Assembly: GCA_018398765.1 (NCBI GenBank)
Contig: JAHBMJ010000189.1
Location: 1 to 54,224, forward strand
Direction of reading: 5' to 3'
DNA: 54,224 nt
Origin: Chromera velia
Taxonomy: Eukaryota
Shown here: positions 36,537 to 47,900 of the stretch, piece by piece
How positions within the stretch are numbered: the first letter of the stretch is position 1
Layout of the letters: every line of letters starts with the position of its first letter
The notes under the pieces: model-generated
Seen by the model: only the letters and a program-made list of their open reading frames with translations
What the model was told of the DNA's origin: nothing
Databases searched by the model: none
Position numbers and translations under genes: made by a program

Positions 36537-37447
36537 ACAACAGACTCAGTTAGTTGATTGATTGATTGATTTATTGATTGATTGATGCAAAACCCTGGGT
36601 GCAGCTTTCAGCTCCCAGGGGAACCTGAATTCAAATAATTCATTCGCATTAAATTTCGCAAGTAAAAGCATACAAGTCTAGATCTAGCCTATATTAGCCT
36701 ATCCTATATATGTATATCATATATAATATCATATAAAATTAATAATGAGATGATACATTGAGATCATTGGGCCGGCCAGGAAGGTCCGACGCGTGTATGC
36801 GCTTTTCCTGGACGCCGTACGTCGAGTGCTCGGCATTGGGGTAGGAGGCCAATCCTCCAGACATTAATCCTATCCTATCCTATCCTAATGAGATTATACC
36901 GTGTGTGTAGGTTGTGGTGCGAGCGTGAGCGAGCGCCTCACCTTACTGCATTGACTGTGATTGGGGCATTGACTTAAAGTTTGTTCCTAGCATCTGGCCT
37001 ATACGTCTTTCATCTCTTCCTTCTGTCCTGATTACTGCTCTCGCTACTAGCTCTCTCTCTCATGCGACCTCATACTTGACGCTCCTCCATCATTGACTGT
37101 GATTGAGCTGACCCGCGTGTGTGTCTTTCCGGGGCCGCGATTGAAGCAAACATGCGCGTCGTAGCATATGTTTTAACCACATGATGTAGACGATAGTGTA
37201 GCAGCATTCACGGGTCCGTTCTGCTCACTCGTAGGAGTATGCAAGAGGTTTGTTCATAGACTTTTCCACTCGATCAGCAGACGAATTCAGACTGATTTGT
37301 TCTATTCGGACATCTCTGAGTCTAATGTGTTCAATCAGATCGGCAGGGCGCGGCAGGGCTTGCGTCGGGCACCGTCGGCGTGGTGCATGCGCGGGCGGGG
37401 CCGTGGGTGCACAAGTTGTGGCATACAACACAAATCCCCCCCCCCCC

Positions 37448-37476
37448 NNNNNNNNNNNNNNNNNNNNNNNNNNNNN
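37448..37476. other. Assembly gap inside a C homopolymer
   Basis: Run of N. Confidence 1.
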
Positions 37477-37509
37477 CCCCCCCTTTTTTTTTTACAACTT
37501 TGCTTCTGA

Positions 37510-40500
37510 TCACTCATCGGGGATGTGTTGGCTAAAGAATGGGAGAAGAAACGTGGGGGCCATGCTTTTAGTCAAAGGGTCAGCGCGGTTGAGGTCGGTT
37601 GAAATATAACACAGATGGATACGGCATGCATCCAGAGTGTCGCGCAACGCGAGGGTAGACACAGACCACTCCAGGAGCTTTGCTTGGAGAGATTCGACAA
37701 CCTTGGTAATAGACCGCTCATGTGGATGTGGATAGTCTGCGGCAACTAAGTGCAGCACGTCTTGTACGTCAGTGTGCACTGTGCCGGACACTCCCTCTCC
37801 CCAGACGACCCGCAGGCAGGGAAGAACAAACTCCATAAAATCTACCAGGTCGTGCGAGGTGTAGTACCCCTGGTGTACAGCTCAGTACGAGCACTGCTTT
37901 GAGCAACGCGGGGCTGTCGAAAGGACCTCCAATGAATCAGGGAGTTTCTGATCGCAATCAACCACCCGGTGTGCGGGTGGGCACACTCCGCAGTTCCGAG
38001 TGCCGCATCCCCCCACCCAGTCACGTCCAACGGCTTTGAACGCTTGGAGATGTCATCTCTGCAAATGTAGAGGGTGCGGTGTTTGGTTACGGCTGCATAG
38101 CGGACAGCGCCATAGAGATACTAGTGGAGATACAAGAGGCTGCGCTCGGTTGGACAGGCAACGGAGCGACTGAGTTCGTTGCAGGCCTCAGCAAGGTCCG
38201 GTCGGGTGTCTCGAGCGACCCAAGCAAGGCCGCCCAGGAGAGAGCGGAATGAGCGGGCCTGGGAAGCAGGCAAAGCGGGGGAGTCGTCTAGACGGTCGCG
38301 AGAATCGGGGGGAAGCGGAGTGTTTAGGATGGGTCCGGGCGGGACGGTCTGCAAGAGAGACTGCACATTCTTTGCCTGACTCAAACGGATCTCGTCTTCT
38401 CGGAGTTCAATGTCTACCCCAGCCCACCGGGCGCAGCCGTTTGTATCTGCTTTCACTTTAGTGATGGTGAAAGGTCCTTTGGATGCAATCTCGTCGACAA
38501 GCTCGGACGGAGATGCCCCAATGCCAATCACGGCCAGGTCGTCGACGAAAGTCGCGCACAGGCCAAGCAGTCGAGAGGACTCTACTCCTGGCTGGCCGGA
38601 CCATTTCCACCACAAGCCCGGAACCCCGCTCTTCATCCACCCTGCCTCGAGGAGCACACGGTCTCTATGGTGGTCAAAGATGAAGCCGCTGTCCTTGAGG
38701 CCGTAGACAGCTTTCAAGAGGAGCCAGAGGTGAGTGCGGTACTCGGGATGGTCAGGAGGGGGCCGCACATACGTGGGCTCTCCACTTGGGGAGTCAGGGC
38801 GGGGAGCTGTGAGGTAGGCATTTTCGATGTCGGCAAGGAGGAAAGAAGTGAGGGGGTTGAATTCGAGAAAGGTGAAAGCAATGCACAGCGCAATGCGGAG
38901 ACCCCATTGGGCTATATTGGGCTGCTGTGACGTTGGAAACGGGAATGTCCGACCGGCTGTCGAAGCGGGGGGAGCCGTTAGCACAGAGATGGGACTTGAA
39001 AATGCGCTCATGTTCTGACACGCGCTTCAATGTGTTCCTCCAGATCAAGGGGATGGCGGTGCGACGGGCTCAGGGAGGAACTGCATCGATTGGAATGCTC
39101 TGCTTCACACCATAAGTCTCAAACTTCTCTAACTCCTTCTCCCTCCCCGCTTGGTGCTATGCCTGTTCCTCAGGGTCCTTCAGGTCATGAACGCGGACCG
39201 GGATGTGTGTAGTGGCGTTGCTGCAGGGATTGGAGGCGGTTGCAGAGGCAGCAAAGGCAGCAGGGCAAACGGAGAGGTCAGGAGAGGGGCGGTACTCTGA
39301 TTCAGCAGTGGTTACGGAGAGGGCAGCAAGCTCGGCAAGGATTGGGATGCTCCAGAGGGAGTCGGGGGCAGGAGTGCGGGCGACAGAGAATGTGGAGGCA
39401 TGCATAGAGACGGTAGAATGGGGGAGTCGGCCCTCAGGGGAAAGGGAGATGCGACGCTCTCGAATCTTATCTAAGGCAATGATACAGATGTCGGGGTTGT
39501 GGGAAGGGGGCTGCTGGTGCTGGTATCGGACACGGTGCCCCGTGGGATGGCGCCACATGGGAGCAAACATGCAGTTCTTCAGGGTACCATGCCTGAGAGA
39601 GCCCTATGCATGGACTTCAAGGAGTTCTGTCTTCTTCTCAATCCCAACTATCTTCCCCAGGAAGCGCTTCTACGTCTCGGGGACCTCTCAGATGATCATC
39701 TCTCCCTGATGAAAATCGTGAACAGAAGGCAACTCACCGAGGGTGGGCTCAGACGGTGCCGAAGGGATAGGGGATGAAGCATGGGGTGGTGAAGGCGGGG
39801 AGGGCTGACTATCTGAAGGAGAGCTGGAGGGGGGGTGCAGCGGATTCAAAGGGTGCGGTAGGGAAGAACGGGAGGCGGGAGGGGAGGTCTCTGAGGAGGA
39901 ACGAAGACACCGAATGTGTGCAAATGTGGAGCGCTGGGTGCGAGACAGCTGAATGGTGTATACATGCCCCCCGTGTCTCTGTTTGATGATTATATCTTCC
40001 CATAAATCCTCTCTCTTGTCCCTCTACGTTTCTGGATGATTGAACAACACCCGATCCCCCGCAGAAAAAGACTTAGTGCGCAAAGAAGGGTCATTCTTTA
40101 ACTCTTCTGCTGAAAGGAGGTCAAGCATTGCATGAATGCTCGGGAAAACAACGGGCTGACCATGTCGGCGTTCCGCAGGAGAAATGTCCCCTCGACCCGG
40201 ACGGCGGTTGTAGCGTTCGACAGCCAGTTGAACCACGTCAGGCCATGACTCAACGGGCAGTCCGTTGTCGTGGACGATCGCCCGCAGAATTACATCGACC
40301 TCCCTGTGGGCGCACTCGAGGCGCCCGAGGGTCCGGTGCCAACCGACAGGGGCAAGCGTGTGCCCGACTTCTATCTGAGACAAGAAGTCTGCCCAGTCCC
40401 CCTGAAATTCCTTTCCCAAATCCGTGATGACCTCATTGGGATAGTATCCCGCTGAGGTCGCTGCCCACCCCTTGTAGGCTTCACGAAGGGTGGCAGCACA

Positions 40501-41975
40501 CCTGTCTGACACAGCAATATAGTGCAGGTCGTCTTCCCACTCGTCTTTCAGAGTGAGGTAATAGCGTGCGTTAGGGCGGTCGGCCCTTCCGTATACTAGG
40601 TCAGCTTGCAGGCGCTGCCTGGGACCTGTGACCTTCAAGGGAGATGTGCAACCGTCAGAAACATTGCGAGGTTTTACGCATGCGCAGGTCCCCCCCACAG
40701 CTCGTCGTGAAATACCGTAAGGGGGGGCTTTGGGGTGCCCTTTCAGTGCCCGACGGAGGGAAATCCAGGTCTTCGTGACGCGTGCATGCCCAATCTCAAC
40801 GTGGTGGGCACAAATCAATTCATCGACCATCTCAAAACTGATGGTCTCCAACTCGGAGGCTGGAGGGGAGCGGCTGCCCTTTCGGGGGCAGCGCTTACGC
40901 AGACGGCACTTTCGCTTCTTTTTTTCAGCAGTCACACCCTTGATGTGCAACACGGGGCACGCTGCAGCTTCAGTCGTAGAAGCTGTATGGCAGCATGAGC
41001 ACGGCGGACCCGGTCCTGTAAGGAGACGGAGGCTCACGACCATCGTCAAGGGTGGTTGGCTGGAGACGACCGACTGAGCAGTCGGGGAGGGCCCGGCAGT
41101 CTGCGGCTGGGGTGGGTCTACATTCGGTTCGGCATGACTCGAGTCGGATGGGCAGGGAAGAGGTGTATAGCATCCATTGTCCTCTGAGGGCACAACAGAG
41201 GATGAAGTTGGCGCTGAATATGAAGACGCCATGGTGAGGGTACGGGGCTCTGTAGGTTTGGAGGCGGAGACGGTGTCATTCGTGCGAAGCTCTGGGGGCT
41301 GAGACAACGCAAGGAAGAACAAGTCGTTTGGGGAGCGTTGGAAGTGCAGAGAGGGGCGATGGGGAAAGGAAAGAATGCCCGTGGCATACTCAAATGACGC
41401 CTTGAGGGGAATCAATGCCGCATTTCCGATCAAGACCGGAGTGATCGCGTTGGTTTCCAGGATGTCTGCCTCGAGAGAGAGATCACCGGAGAGGCTTCGA
41501 CATGGGATAATGGCCTTTAGCTCCACAGGCATCTGACCGTTGGCAGTCAAGGAGGTGGAAGGCCGGGGCAAGCGGCGCGCTCGGTCCATGTGAGCTCGTC
41601 TTCCTCCTTCCGCTTGCGCAGCCACCCACGAGTGCAGCAGGTGCGGCTGGCTCCAATGTCCAGGATTGCAAAGAATCCATGAAAGGCGAAGGAGAGGAGT
41701 ACGGAATTCTGTGCAGCACGCAAAGCTGCCAAAGCACTCTCCACAGCTGTGCGGACATCTGCAGGGAGACCGTCCAAGACAGTGGAGATGCTGGAGGGGT
41801 CAGAGCAAGCATTCGGGGTGACCTCCTCAGGGTTTTGCAAAACAAGCAACGAGGAAAATGAGGAAGAGCAACCGGAGACGGCGGTCTCGGTGCTGTTGCG
41901 CAAGCAGATTTTTGGATAGACTTTGCCTGAAGCAATCGTAGCATCAAGAATTTTGTTAAGTGAGGCAACAGACAC
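37510..41975 (-). pseudogene. Frameshifted copia gag-pol
   Basis: Protease AILDIGAS; integrase HHVEIGH, LQADL, VITDLGKEF, GRLECAHRE; RT LADIENAYL, KAVYGLKDSG, FVDDL; RNase H WGDAA, SSARTEL, NRADPLTK. Split over several frames. Confidence 0.9.
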
Positions 41976-44971
41976 TGGCTAGCTGACCAGTGAGGAGAGG
42001 TCGTAGCGAGGGGAGGACGACGTTGACTCCATTGTGTAGATACCGAGAGGGCACCACACGATCAAACGAAGAAGAGTCCTCTACCAGTGCATAGCAAGAA
42101 GCGGATCAAACCACATCTGCTACCATGATGTAAACCACAGCGAAGCAGCATTTACGAGTCCGTTCTACTCACTCATAGGAGTATGCAAGAGGTTTGTTCA
42201 TAGACTTTTCCACTCGATCAGCAGACGAATTCAGACTGATTTGTTCTATTCGGGCATCTCTGAGTCCAATGTGTTCAATCAGATCGGCAGGGCGTGGCAG
42301 GGCTTGCGTCGGGCGCCGTGCATGCGCGGACAGGGCCGCGGGTGCACAAGTTATAGCATACAACACCACACGAATCAGCAGCCACGTTTCTATTGCATCA
42401 GCGCGTAAGATCAGTCTGATAGTAAAACACCGAAAAGAGGAACAACAATGGTCGTTCCGACTGACAGACTCTTATACTGCCTAGACCACGTTCACGTAAC
42501 AGGTGCTAGCAGAGTCTTTATTCTGACCAAGGGGATAAGAGAGGCGTTGTTCGTTGATTGAACCCACGTTCAGTCGAGTGAACCCATGACGTATGGTTGT
42601 CGGAGCATCAGCATGCAGTCTTGTTGTGCAGTTGTTCACGACCAGTCAGGAGCCACAGATCAGTAGAGAGCCCTGTAATACAGGCAGTAGAACTGAGTAG
42701 AGAGACATGAGAACATTCTTCGATAGAGCCGAAGAAGTGTTTGCGCTTGGGGGAAAGATAGAGCGTCTCCGTCATTAAGCATTCAAAAAAAGTTGTGCGG
42801 ATTTCGAGGCAGTGATCGTAGAGGTGTGCCGACTTGCATGCACCTTTCATCACAACAGGCCCACCAAGCAGAGAGAGATCGCTATGTAGGTAGAGTCAGC
42901 AACTTTACCTGCAGGGAATAAGAAGAAGAAATACAGGTGAGCTCGTGGTCTCTCTCAGCGGGCGTGGTCCGACATCGAATTCGAAAAGAACCATCGGGCA
43001 GTGATGAAGCAGCAGAAGCAGGCAGAAGCTTCGAGGCAGGAAGCATCAACGAGTGGAGCTGTCCTTGCAGCTTCACCATTGAGGAGAGAAAATTGTGTCG
43101 CCCAGAGAATTGTGCGAGAGGAAGCACAAGGAGACACAAAAGATATGGAGAGCCCATGCGAGATCCCCACTCCCCACACCCAGCAGATTGCCGCAAAGAG
43201 CAGTACACCTCCCAGTAGCCCAAGCAGAAAGCAAGAGCTGATGACAGATAAAGAGATGGAGGAGGTGGAGACGGTATTTCGAGAGAGAATATCGCTCTCT
43301 CAGGTTGAGAGGACGAAGCAATCAGTAGCAGTCAACGTGTTTGCGCTCTTCACGCAGTCAAGGAGAGCCCAAGCAGATGAGAAATTGAATGAGTTGACCA
43401 AGACGCGACGCAAGAAGTGGCGCCTTGCTTTCGCAGATGTGGTGGGAAGAAAAGCAAGTGTGTCGGAAGAGGAGAGAGTGTCGTTGATGGGACCAGCAGA
43501 ACGGAAGGCATACAAGAAGGAGTGCTACCGTTAGCCCTATCTAACAGGAGATGAGATGCTTTCCCAATGGCAGTGGGATCGTCCAGGCCGATCTCCACAA
43601 ACCAAGCCACGAAAGCTTGCAGCGCTCAGAGAAGCACGGGGCTCTGGATGTCGACTCGTGACGAAAAAGGAAGGAGCGAGACAGTGGCGCTCATAGAGAT
43701 GTACAGTTTATCTGTAAATATGATTGTTCGCAGACAAGAGACGGGACCAAAGGCCCGACAAGACAGCAGAACCAGCTCGCAGTGTTCTTATGCAGCGGCA
43801 TTCAAAGTGTAGACGATTGGTTGTATACTAGCTTGTACCAGTCGTTCATGTTGAAAGTGCGACGAGCGTGCACAGATACATTGCCACCAGAAAAAGGAGA
43901 GAGGGAGGCTACAGGGTTGGCGCGTCTGACCCTACAGAGACTGGAAGGGTTGCCACCAGAAGTCATGCGCATGCACCAGGCGAATAAGCACGTGCAAGTC
44001 AAGTATGACCATAACTCTGCTCACAGCCAGCCACTGTGACAGCTTTCATGTCAATTATGCCAAACGAGGTGTGTGCGTGTGAATGACATGATTATGGAAA
44101 GATTTTCACCTTCATGTACAGATGGATGACTTTTCATTTCTTCGATACGAAGATCAATATGCATTCATTCTTGTCTGTTCTCTTTGGTGCGAGTTCATTT
44201 ACGTATGAGTAACTTTCAAAGTAACTTAAAGCATGAACGAAGTGCGCTCGAGGGTGAATGAAAACCGTTGACAGAATAAAACGATCGGGGACGATCATTC
44301 TAGGGGGGAGGCATGTGTAGCGTCTGTGTAGGTTGTGGTGCGAGCGTGAGCGAGCGCACCGCCTTACTGCATCGACTGTGATTGAGCTGGTCCACGTGTG
44401 TGTCTTTCCGGGGCTGCGATTGAAGCAAGCACGCACGTCATAGCATATATTTTAACCACACGAATCAGCAGCCACGTTTCTATTACATCAGCGCGTAAGA
44501 TCTGATTCAGTCTGATAGTAAAACACCGAAAAGACGAACAACAATGGTCGTTCCGACTAACAGACTCTTATACTGCCTAGACCACGTTGATGTAATAGAG
44601 GTGTTCATAACTATACTAGCTATTATGCTGAGTGAGAACCGTAATTCGGATTAGCTGGGATTAGCTATGATCATAGTTTCTAGATTGATTGAGAGTTAAA
44701 CTGTTGAAGTGATTCAATCACTGACAACCTTCACTAATTTAAACAACATTGATCGAATTCTAAATTGATATATATCCGGTTTTCATTCTAATCTCATTCT
44801 TCCATTTCGACTTCTTCGGACTTATTATTAAGTCCGGAGGAGCACGGAACAAAGCTGTGGTGGCTTGCTTCTTTTGTCTACAACTATATGCACTGTAATG
44901 CACTGTAGCATACATGAGTTGCCATAAGTTGCCATTAGTTGCCATTCGTCTCTACTTTTAGAGACTCTAGG

Positions 44972-47900
44972 TGTGACGTGAATGCTCGTAGCCGCGCCGC
45001 CTCTAAGCGTTGGCGTGGGCCGGTCGGTGGCGTTAAGAGAATGCAGGAGCCTGCCTTACGGGACTGAGTGGAAGTGCGCGCACCTATAGCCACTCCAATC
45101 GATATAGCTTTAGGACGGCTTGTGTTCATGGCATCCAGATTGACTATCAGGAGAACCGGACTTTGAAGTAGGACTTCTAGGATGAACGTTTCTAGAATAA
45201 GCCAACCGTCCACTCTTTTTTTGAGTCGTTACTTTTATGTCTTGGAATATGAGCTCCGTTACCGCTAGACTACTGATTATATTACAGGCGGATAGCAGAG
45301 CTTTGTTCGAACAGACGGCTCAATCCAAAGTAGACAGAGTCACAAATTTCTCCCTGTTCAAACTGAGTGTGGTGCTTCCATAGAACAGTTGGTCTGATAG
45401 ATTGATCTGGTCTTTCCTTTATGAGCCACACGAGAGAAAGTATTATATTTGAAGAAAATGTGACTACCTGTAGAAAGAGACCGTGAATGGTGATCCACAG
45501 AGAGAGAATTTTTTTTTAAGGAAGGGTAAAACTAGATAAAGCCAGACCACTGGTGTACATAGATTGTTGCGATAAAAGCACAGAGGAAAAGGAAAACACT
45601 GTGCTGATTGGCTCTCTGCCGAGGCTATGTGTGAGGTTCTGTCGGCCTCGGAAGACTTAGTGTTCCCTGAGATGCAAACCTCAGGAAGATGAGACTGAAT
45701 GAAGGCCTCGTTGATGGCAGATCGAGCGTGCTGATGGAAAACCTCTCTCTGGTCCCCTCTCTGAAGATTGCTTCCACAGAAACGGAAGGAGAGGGAGGCA
45801 GGTGACTCTGTGAATTGAGAGTGAAGGGAAGAAAAGAGCTAGAAACAGTGAGTCCAAAAAGGGTGAGACGCTGTTATCAATTTGGACTGTTGTCAGTCTG
45901 ATGGTAAGGACTCGACATGGTAGATCGATGGAAAACCCGTGTGAGATCAGAGTGTAGAGGAAGTGTTTCTGTGCATGCTCCTCTCAGTCATCTTGTCGTG
46001 TTGTATAGGGACCTGCGCAAATCGAGAGAAGAAGCTGCTTGCTGTAGACTCCAGAGAGGGCAGGGCATGTCATTGATAGAACAAGGAGTAACTGAGGAAT
46101 TTCAAACGGGCAGACAGAGCATGGACCGCGCTTCCGGTCGTGCTGACCTGTACATGAAAAAACGAGTCTGCGTCTTTCTGATTCCTTTCGCGTAGACTCT
46201 TGTGAGGTTGGGCTACCTCCCGTGGAAGCAGGTGGCATGCCGTGAAGAGCGACGAAGGAAGAGGAGACGGCAGGGTGTGAGAACACCTGGTCGCCTGGAC
46301 AGGACCCCAGACAAGAAGAGAACAAGTCAGCTGACTGTAGGTGCACATTGTCCCTGTGTTTTCGTTTTCATACTATTAGAATGAAAAAGGAAGAGACGGG
46401 AAATGACAGTCAGCGAGAGCGCCTGGAAATCCTCAGTACTCACTTTGTGTGAGGGCGCCCAGTAGAAGAGAATGGATGAAGAAGAGTAGAAGGACGAGAA
46501 GAAATCAAATAGAAAGAAGAAAGAATTAAGGAGAAGAAGAAGAAAAGAATAAGGAGAAAGAGCGGGATCATGAAAAGAGAGAGGAGATCGAGAACGGCGG
46601 AAAGGCGCATCCAACTTATCAAGATTGGTGCTGTCTGATGAACGGAAGAAATTTAAAAAGCCTGTGTGTGCCCCCAACTTACTAATAGTGGTGCCACACA
46701 GAGGCCTGTACCAACGGTGATGGCAGGCTGATCGAAACAAGCCTTGCAAAGACGTACGAGGCCTATCTGGAAGGCTAGTCTGGAAGCGGGATGCTGGTTG
46801 GTGTGGCAGTATCTATCCGTAACGTTGTGAGGCTTGCAGCCGCCTAACGATATGCAACGCAGCATCTTAGGCCGTATCGAGATACGTGCAGTTCGAGCGC
46901 ATTCGCGTCTATGCAATTAAGTCACGCGCATGCGCATGCAGTTGGCAGTGAGTCAAACCTTGGTATGAAAGTCTGTAAGGAAGTATCTAGAAGTAAAAAC
47001 CTGGCATGACCTAGGGCATGACAGATCCTGTATGTACGAGTCGTGTACGTTACGCTAGCCACTGATATGCACCTGCCCACCACTTAGCATGGTAGCAGAG
47101 GAAGAAGGAGAAAGAGAAAGAAAAATCACTGTGTAGACATCTCTAGGGCAGCCGTAGGTGTATCCAATGATAACAGCATCATCCAACCAGGTAACCCACA
47201 GTCCAAATATCTTATGAGAGAAGGGGCTGCGCAGAACAGAGGATCTTCTCCTAGAGAGAGAGGGTTTGAAACGAATCTAACTTGCCCTGCTATGCCTTTT
47301 CAGGGGGCAGACAGAGGTGAATTGTCCCGTGGGGGAAATGACTGGCGTAGCGGAGTGCCTATGTACGATGACAATGACCATGTTGGTCAGTCGTTCCGAA
47401 AAGAAGGCGGAGAGATATGTAAAATGCAGGAAGAGAGTGGGTTTGTCAATACCGATGAGGGCATAATCTTTACAACGCCTCAGACGACTTTTCATTTTGG
47501 TCAGAGCTCCTCTGTGATGGCTCCTGCTGGAGGGGATGGTCAATTAAATGAATGAGCCCACTCCAATGGAGCTATGCCAGATCGAAAGGTATAGGAAGGA
47601 AGAAGGAGGTATGGGAAAGGACTTGTTTGAGTCATTGTATAGAGTTGGGAGTTGGGAATTGAGAGAGCAAATCCACTGCCAGAGATCGCACAGCCCATCT
47701 CCGCAGCTCAATCATTTGGAGACAGGTAGGCAGGGAAATGACTTTGACGGTACGAATCTGGGGAAAGCAGAAAGACAAAAACAGAAGCGTCAAGAGAAGA
47801 AGGAGAGAAAGAGGCAGGAAAAGCATGAAAGAGAGATGCTGGCTGTGAGGCAAAAGAAGGAAACGGACAACCCTGGGTCTCCTCTGCCTCCAATCAGTGA

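Larger units (their letters stand above)
37182..42365 (-). mobile_element. Ty1/copia LTR retrotransposon B, decayed; LTRs 42126-42365 and 37182-37430
   Basis: TG...CA LTRs, perfect 5-bp TSD CCACA (37177-37181, 42366-42370), tRNA-iMet PBS at 42103-42125, G-run PPT near 37436-37447; domain order protease-integrase-RT-RNase H. Confidence 0.95.
36895..44597 (+). mobile_element. LTR element A (outer, no recognisable pol); 5' LTR 36895-42501 split by the copia insertion, 3' LTR 44316-44597
   Basis: 36895-37181 joined to 42371-42501 aligns with 44316-44597. TSD GAGAT/GAGGT; PBS-like TGCTAGCAGAG at 42504; PPT GGGGGGAGG near 44303; internal decayed ORFs such as 43001-43534. Confidence 0.8.

Noticed and set aside
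42095..42125. tRNA gene ending in CCA
   Set aside because: Only the 3' part matches and it abuts an LTR; it is the primer-binding site.
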